NCBI RefSeq assembly: GCF_004010195.1
Contig: NW_025215124.1
Coordinates: forward strand, 20,526 to 60,064
Length of the DNA stretch: 39,539 nucleotides
From: Chiloscyllium plagiosum
Lineage: Eukaryota
Direction: 5' to 3'
A program made the translations under genes and the position numbers. A model generated the notes under the pieces. That model was not told the DNA's origin and searched no databases. It saw only the letters and a list, made by a program, of their open reading frames with translations. Below are positions 34,301 through 39,539 of this stretch, in pieces (the first letter of the stretch is position 1; every line of letters starts with the position of its first letter).

Positions 34301-34889
34301 CACCTTTTATCACCCTCCCCTCAACTGTACAGAAAAGTGTACCTCTATCATTATCTTACATTGTCTTTAAACAAAAGACAAAGTGGTACTGTTTCCGACA
34401 AAATTATAGTTTGAAATTTGCCTTGTTTTTATCAGTTACTCAAATGACATGAGCTTAATTGGCCCAGATTCATTCAGATGAGATCCTGTCATTCGATCAG
34501 ACGTGTTAGCCTGGAGTTTCCACTTAAAAGAACTGCAGACAAATTTGCCAGAGGTTGCCAAACTCTGCTCTAGTTTTGTTGAGGTGAAGCTATGTGCATG
34601 TTTTTTACACAAACATGACCATGAAACTTTGCATGAATTGTTCAAGTTGAGCACATGATCCAATTTGTGCCTTGAAAATGGTGTATTGTAGTGTTTGCAA
34701 ATGAGTGGAATTGCAAGGAAATGGGCACTCTTCCACTTGAACTTGTAGGAATAGGGCAGCCAATGGACCATTACAGATATTGAATAAGATATCTTTCGAC
34801 AGAAAGGAGACACGAGAAAGACTAGTGTTACAAAATTGAGTTGTCTGATCCAGCTGGGTGGTTCTAACAGAAGTTCTGAGCACAAGCTT

Positions 34890-35270
34890 TCAATCTCCCT
34901 TGGATTGGGAATGGTGTAGGAAGGCTGGTAGATTGCAAATGTTACAGCTCTCTTCAAAACAAAAAACCTTGAGGGTTAAACCTGCTAACTACAGTTGCCC
35001 TACCTATGGTGAGAAAACAACTTTAAGCCATTCTTGAGGACACAATTGCTTTTGCTTGCAGACACATGGATGAATGAGGGAAAACAGCATTCATTTGTTC
35101 TACGCAAACCATGTCTGAATAATTTGATTGAGTTCTTTGGAAGTGCAGAAGATATTGTACAGACTGGCTATAAAAAGGGCATTTGTTTAAATATGACATT
35201 AGAGACTGTTCTAAATAGAAGAATGGTATTTGGTACCCTGGGTATATAATTGCCTTGTGGATATGTAACA
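34890..35270 (+). mobile_element. CR1 RT N-terminal fragment
   Basis: W*IANVTALFK...KPANY; QHSFVLRKPCLNNLIEFF (ORF 35034-35249). Confidence 0.8.
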
Positions 35271-35593
35271 ATATAATTATGATTTCAGCAAAATGTTGCA
35301 GGGTTCATGATTAAGGCTACTACCCATTGAATATGAATTACATGAAATTGGGTATGGAGAGTAGAATTTATAGTTCCGATGCCAGAACAAAATAACAAAA
35401 TAGTGAGCAGCATGGTAGCATTAGAGGAATTAGAGATTGGTGAAAAGGATGTGTATGTGGCAGATGTAATAAATTGAAGATCAATATCATTTATGATGCA
35501 GTCTAATTAACTCCCTATCCCTTTATTTACAGCCTAGAAAGTTAAGACGTTCAGTAAACCTCAAAATTGGCCCCAGTGCTTCCAATCAGTAGT

Positions 35594-35808
35594 GGGGCGT
35601 TTAGCTCACTTGTCCACACAACTGGTTTGCGATGTCGAGTAATGCCAACACTGGATTCAATTCCCAAACTGACTAAGTCTTTCAGAATTCTCCTTCTCAA
35701 CTGCTCTTCTTGCCTGAGGCATCGTGATCCTCGGATGTCACCTGTCAGTAGTCGTGTCAATGAGAGTGCAGTCCTATGCTACAATTAGTCGATGGAAACT
35801 TTTTATTT
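35594..35808 (+). mobile_element. tRNA-derived SINE (third family)
   Basis: A-box-like tttagctcacttg and B-box-like ggattcaattccc, then body ...gagagtgcagtcctatg. Confidence 0.55.
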
Positions 35809-36528
35809 TCCGTACTTCCAATAAAATTATAATTGGATAATGAGGAAACAATCAAATCTCCCTCCTCTCGCTTTGACAGCTGCAATCCTTTTGACCAAAA
35901 AAAACACAGTTCAAATTTTCTGTCTTTTGTTTTCAACATTCTCTTTCTTAGACCAACTGATACTTGCTTCCCTGTGATGGCCCTGTTAACATTGAACATT
36001 TGTCAACACTTGAGCAAAATGCATCTCTGGAACTGAAACATCTACAGTGTTCTTTGAACAAAAATCAACCTTCAATCAGCTTCCAGGGAAGGTCCTATAG
36101 AAAAATTAGTTTTTTTTTTAAAAGAGTCAAAAGGTTGCCTTCAACTGTCAGCTCTCAGTTTCAATCAAAAGTGATATTCAAAAATTAATAAATCGGGAGG
36201 GTTCCAACAGTTTGAAGTGATATAATGTAGGAGAAGAAAACTGAGAGACAGTTTCAACTAAATCACAATATTGTGAGGGAATTGAAAGAGCAGAGGAACA
36301 TGGATATGTACGTTTATTAATCTTTGAAAATCATAGGCAAAATTGATATGTCAATTAAGGAAGTGTTTGGGATATTTAGCTTTGTAAATGGGAATGTTGA
36401 ACAGGAAAACAAAAGTTACGCTCAACTTTCACAATCTGTACTGGAGTGTCTGCTGTTTGTATAAAAAAAATGACTTGGCTGAAAATATAGATGGGTGGGT
36501 TAGTACGTTTGCAGATGACACAAAGATG

Positions 36529-36855
36529 TAGATTACATTCCCTAAATATGGAAACAGGCCTTCGGCCCAACAGGTCCACACCGACCCTTTTGAAGAGTAA
36601 CCCACCCAAACACATTTCCCTACTGTATATTCCCCCCTGACTAACGCACCTAACACTATGGGCAATTTAGCATGGCCAATTCACCTGACCTGTACACCTT
36701 TGGATTGTGGGAGGAAACTGGAGCACCTGGAGGAAAAACACAGACACAGGGATAACGTGCAAGCTCCACACAGGCAGTCGCCCAAGGTGGGAATTGAACC
36801 CTGGTCCCTGTTGCTGTGAGGCAACAGTGCTAATCACTGAGCCACCATGCCGCCC
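36529..36855 (-). mobile_element. Full-length HE1-type V-SINE
   Basis: Minus-strand head gggcggcatggtggctcagtgattagcactg (A box) and gggttcaattccc (B box), then V domain and HER1-like tail. Confidence 0.92.
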
Positions 36856-36984
36856 TAACATAGCAACTTCCCAGGGACAGCAGGGTGTGGAGTCCTCTAT
36901 TTCTCCCTTCAGATCTTTCTTTCACACAGGCATTGCACCTTTGTTTGTCACTGGTTCCTTGTCTGCACGATCGTGGATCAATCA

Positions 36985-37208
36985 GAGAATCCCTAGAGGG
37001 TGGAAATAGGCCCTTCGGCCTAACAAGTCCACACTGTCTCTCTGAAGAGTAACTCACCCAAACCCCCTCAACACTATGGGACAATTTAGCAGGGCCAATT
37101 CACCCTAACCCGCACATCTTGGATTTTGGGAGGAAACCAGAATACCCAGAGGAAACCCATGCAGACACGAGGAGAATGTGCAAAATCCACACAGACAGTC
37201 GCCTGAGT
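36985..37208 (-). mobile_element. 5'-truncated HE1-type SINE
   Basis: Colinear with 36535-36786; lacks the tRNA head. Confidence 0.88.
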
Positions 37209-38005
37209 CACCAAAGATATGTGTATAGTGTAGAAGGTTGTCAAAGGATACAACGGGATATATATCAGTATGGCAGAGAAATTACAGATGGAGTTTAATT
37301 CCGATAAATATGAGGTGCAGCACTTTGCAAGATCAAAAATTAAGGAAAAGTACATAGTTAATGACAGGACCCTGAACATTATTGACGTGCAGAGGGATGT
37401 TGGGGTTCGAGTCCATAGCTCCCTGAAAGTGGCAATGCAGGTAGATGGGGTGGTAAAGAAGGCATATGGTGTGCTTGCCTTTGGTTGATGAATTGAGTAC
37501 AAAAGTCAGGATGTCACGTTGCAGCTTTATAAGACTTTGGATAAGCCACACTTAGAGTACACTGTGGAAGGAAACCTGAGCCTCTGCCAGTCAGACTCTT
37601 CCCCCACCCCCCCCCCCCCCCTGTCTAAATGTAGAAGTTGGACCATGAGCTTTTGAAGCTACTGCTGCTGCTACACTCTCAATGAAAATTGAGCTTCACC
37701 CCAGGCAGCAACTTCCTTCCTCTGCCCAGGAAAAGAAAATCTCCTGGCAGATCAGCAGACCTCTCTGGGAGAGGGTGAAGCTCCTCCAAGTTCCACTCAG
37801 AAATTGCAGGAGATGGGATTTCCACCAAGACCTTGTGATTGGTGGCATGGACTATATAGGATGTAGTTTGGGGTTGCTCCTCAGGAATGTAGTAAATTTA
37901 TACATTTTGGTTTCTTGAATTTGGTTGTTACACGCCTTCAATACTCCTTTTGGCATTTTTTTTTTCCCTGAACACAACCCATTTTTGCCTGTATCCTTTC
38001 AAATT

Positions 38006-38831
38006 ATGACTTGAACAAAAATTTAGTCAGCCAAGTTCAATTGTGCTAGGCTGAGCCATTCACCTGAGCCCGAGTCTCTGGAGAAGCCAGATACTAATGA
38101 AGCCATGCTCCATAGCATTAAGGACATAATAGACGATATGTGGGCTGAAGTCATTACCAAGTTTGAATCTATAATTTCAGAGATGGTTAAAAAGGAGGTA
38201 ATAACTGCTCTGAAGTTGTTGGAGGAAAATGTTTCTTCGCAATACAGGACTATTGTGGACCTGAAATGTTTGGCTAATGAGCATGATATCCAGATAGCTA
38301 GCTTCCAAGCTAATGTTAGGGTGTTATGTGCTATGGTTGAGTCTCTGACTTAAGAAATGTGAAGACTTGTGGGTTTAACCAAGTGATTTGAGGATCCTCG
38401 CCTCACAGAATTTATGGCCCAACTTTTACAGTACTTGCTCAGTCTTGAGGCAAAACACATGTAGGACAGAGCTCATTGGACACTGCGTGCTAAACCGAAA
38501 GAAGGCGAGTTATCTCACCTGATGGTAGTCAGGGTGAACCAGTTTCAAGTGAGAACGCCTTGCTGGAAATGCTTCTCCCCTTGTATAAAATGGAAAGGGA
38601 GTTTACGTTTTTCCAGACTTCATCCTGACTGTGGCTAAACAGCATGCGGCTTTTGCCATGGTAATGAATGAGCTACACTCTTGTCCTAACGTTAAATTTG
38701 GCCTTAATTATCCAGCAATATTACATATGATATTGCCAAGCGACCTAACTCTCAGGTTTGATGGCATGGGTCAGGCTATGGACTGTGTGAATAAAGACTT
38801 TAAAAAGATTGAGATTCCAGAGCTGGCTTGA
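38006..38831 (+). pseudogene. L1-clade LINE ORF1 remnant (element probably spans ~37835-39295)
   Basis: Coiled coil (ORF 38105-38353), RRM motif DRAHWTLRAKPKEGE (cf. DRAHR, ~38465-38509), and CTD VAKQHAAF...VKFGLNYPAIL...F. Has stops and frameshifts. Confidence 0.85.
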
Positions 38832-39300
38832 TGGTTGGGCTACCTAGGCTGATGAGACATGAGCTTTATGCTACCCCACACACAGACTACATTTCCCACT
38901 GTGGAGATGAATGTGGATGGTATGTTGTGTTATGGACTTGGATTTGGTATTCTTATATTTGACTTGATTCACCAAGAAGTAAATGTTCTCTTACTCAAGA
39001 CTTTATTTTGTCGTGAGGTTGCTCCATTGGACCAAAGAATATAGAGTTTAATTGTTTAACTATACATAGTACATTTTTATTCCTTTTTAGTAATTTTTTG
39101 CTTCATAGTTTTTGTACAGTTAACTTTTACGTTCCCCAAGGTCGCCATGTAGTTTGTTTGAGCTACAAAAGACGACAGGTTTTTTTATTACAGGGGAAGA
39201 GAGTACGCCCCCATTTCGAAGATGCTTCTGGGAGGGGGAGGAGTTGGTGGGTAGCTATTCCATTTGGGGGATACTGCTATGGTGGGGGGTGGTGGAGTTT

Positions 39301-39539
39301 AGAGTCATAGAGTCATAGAGATGTACAGCATGGAAACAGACCCTTCGGTCCAACCGGTCCATGCCGACCAGATATCCCAACCCAATCTAGTCCCACCTGC
39401 CAGCACCCAGCCCATATCCCTCCAAACTCTTCTTATTCATATACCCATCCAAATGCCTCTTAAAATGTTGCAATTGTACCAGCCTCCACCACATCCTCTG
39501 GCAGCTCATTCCATACACGTACCACCCTCTGCGTGAAAA
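39301..39539 (-). mobile_element. Young HER1/CR1 LINE 3' end, running off the window
   Basis: (agagtcat)n tail, then atggaaacagacccttcggtccaac (shared with the HE1 tail) and ccagcctccaccac...ccctctgcgtgaaaa. Confidence 0.9.

Larger units (their letters stand above)
36460..37562 (+). mobile_element. CR1 ORF2 fragment interrupted by a double-SINE block
   Basis: NDLAENIDGWVSTFADDTK (~36469-36526) resumes at ~37212 and continues QMEFNSDKYEVQHF...QVDGVVKKAYGVLAF. Confidence 0.85.

Noticed and set aside
36790..36855. tRNA genes at A/B-box motifs (also ~35594)
   Set aside because: These are SINE heads continuing into SINE bodies; no complete cloverleaf is evident.

Overview
Eukaryotic, repeat-dominated DNA. 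The repeat set (HE1-type V-SINEs, HER1/CR1 LINEs) points to a cartilaginous fish, probably a shark (inference). No host protein-coding gene, rRNA, tRNA or CRISPR array can be supported, and every recognisable reading frame is a decayed retroelement. Main contents: (1) a 4.5-kb internally deleted endogenous retrovirus (837-5320) with paired LTRs, a class III/spuma-related or SnRV-type RT signature and a gamma-type env TM, nested in a HER1/CR1 tail; (2) a 5.8-kb hierarchical minisatellite (9838-15634) of ~23-nt units, each with a CCCAG-NNN-CTGGG hairpin, which produces the long spurious ORFs; (3) a minus-strand Gmr1-like Gypsy element (21424-27849; SCAN-like gag, PR-IN-RT-RH order, AATG TSD); (4) six Penelope-like insertions from about three families, five with intact or decayed minimal hammerhead motifs, including a near-perfect ~390-bp palindrome with a hammerhead on each arm; (5) an L1-clade ORF1 remnant and many CR1, SINE and LINE fragments. 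Family names and boundaries come from by-eye motif recognition, not database searches.
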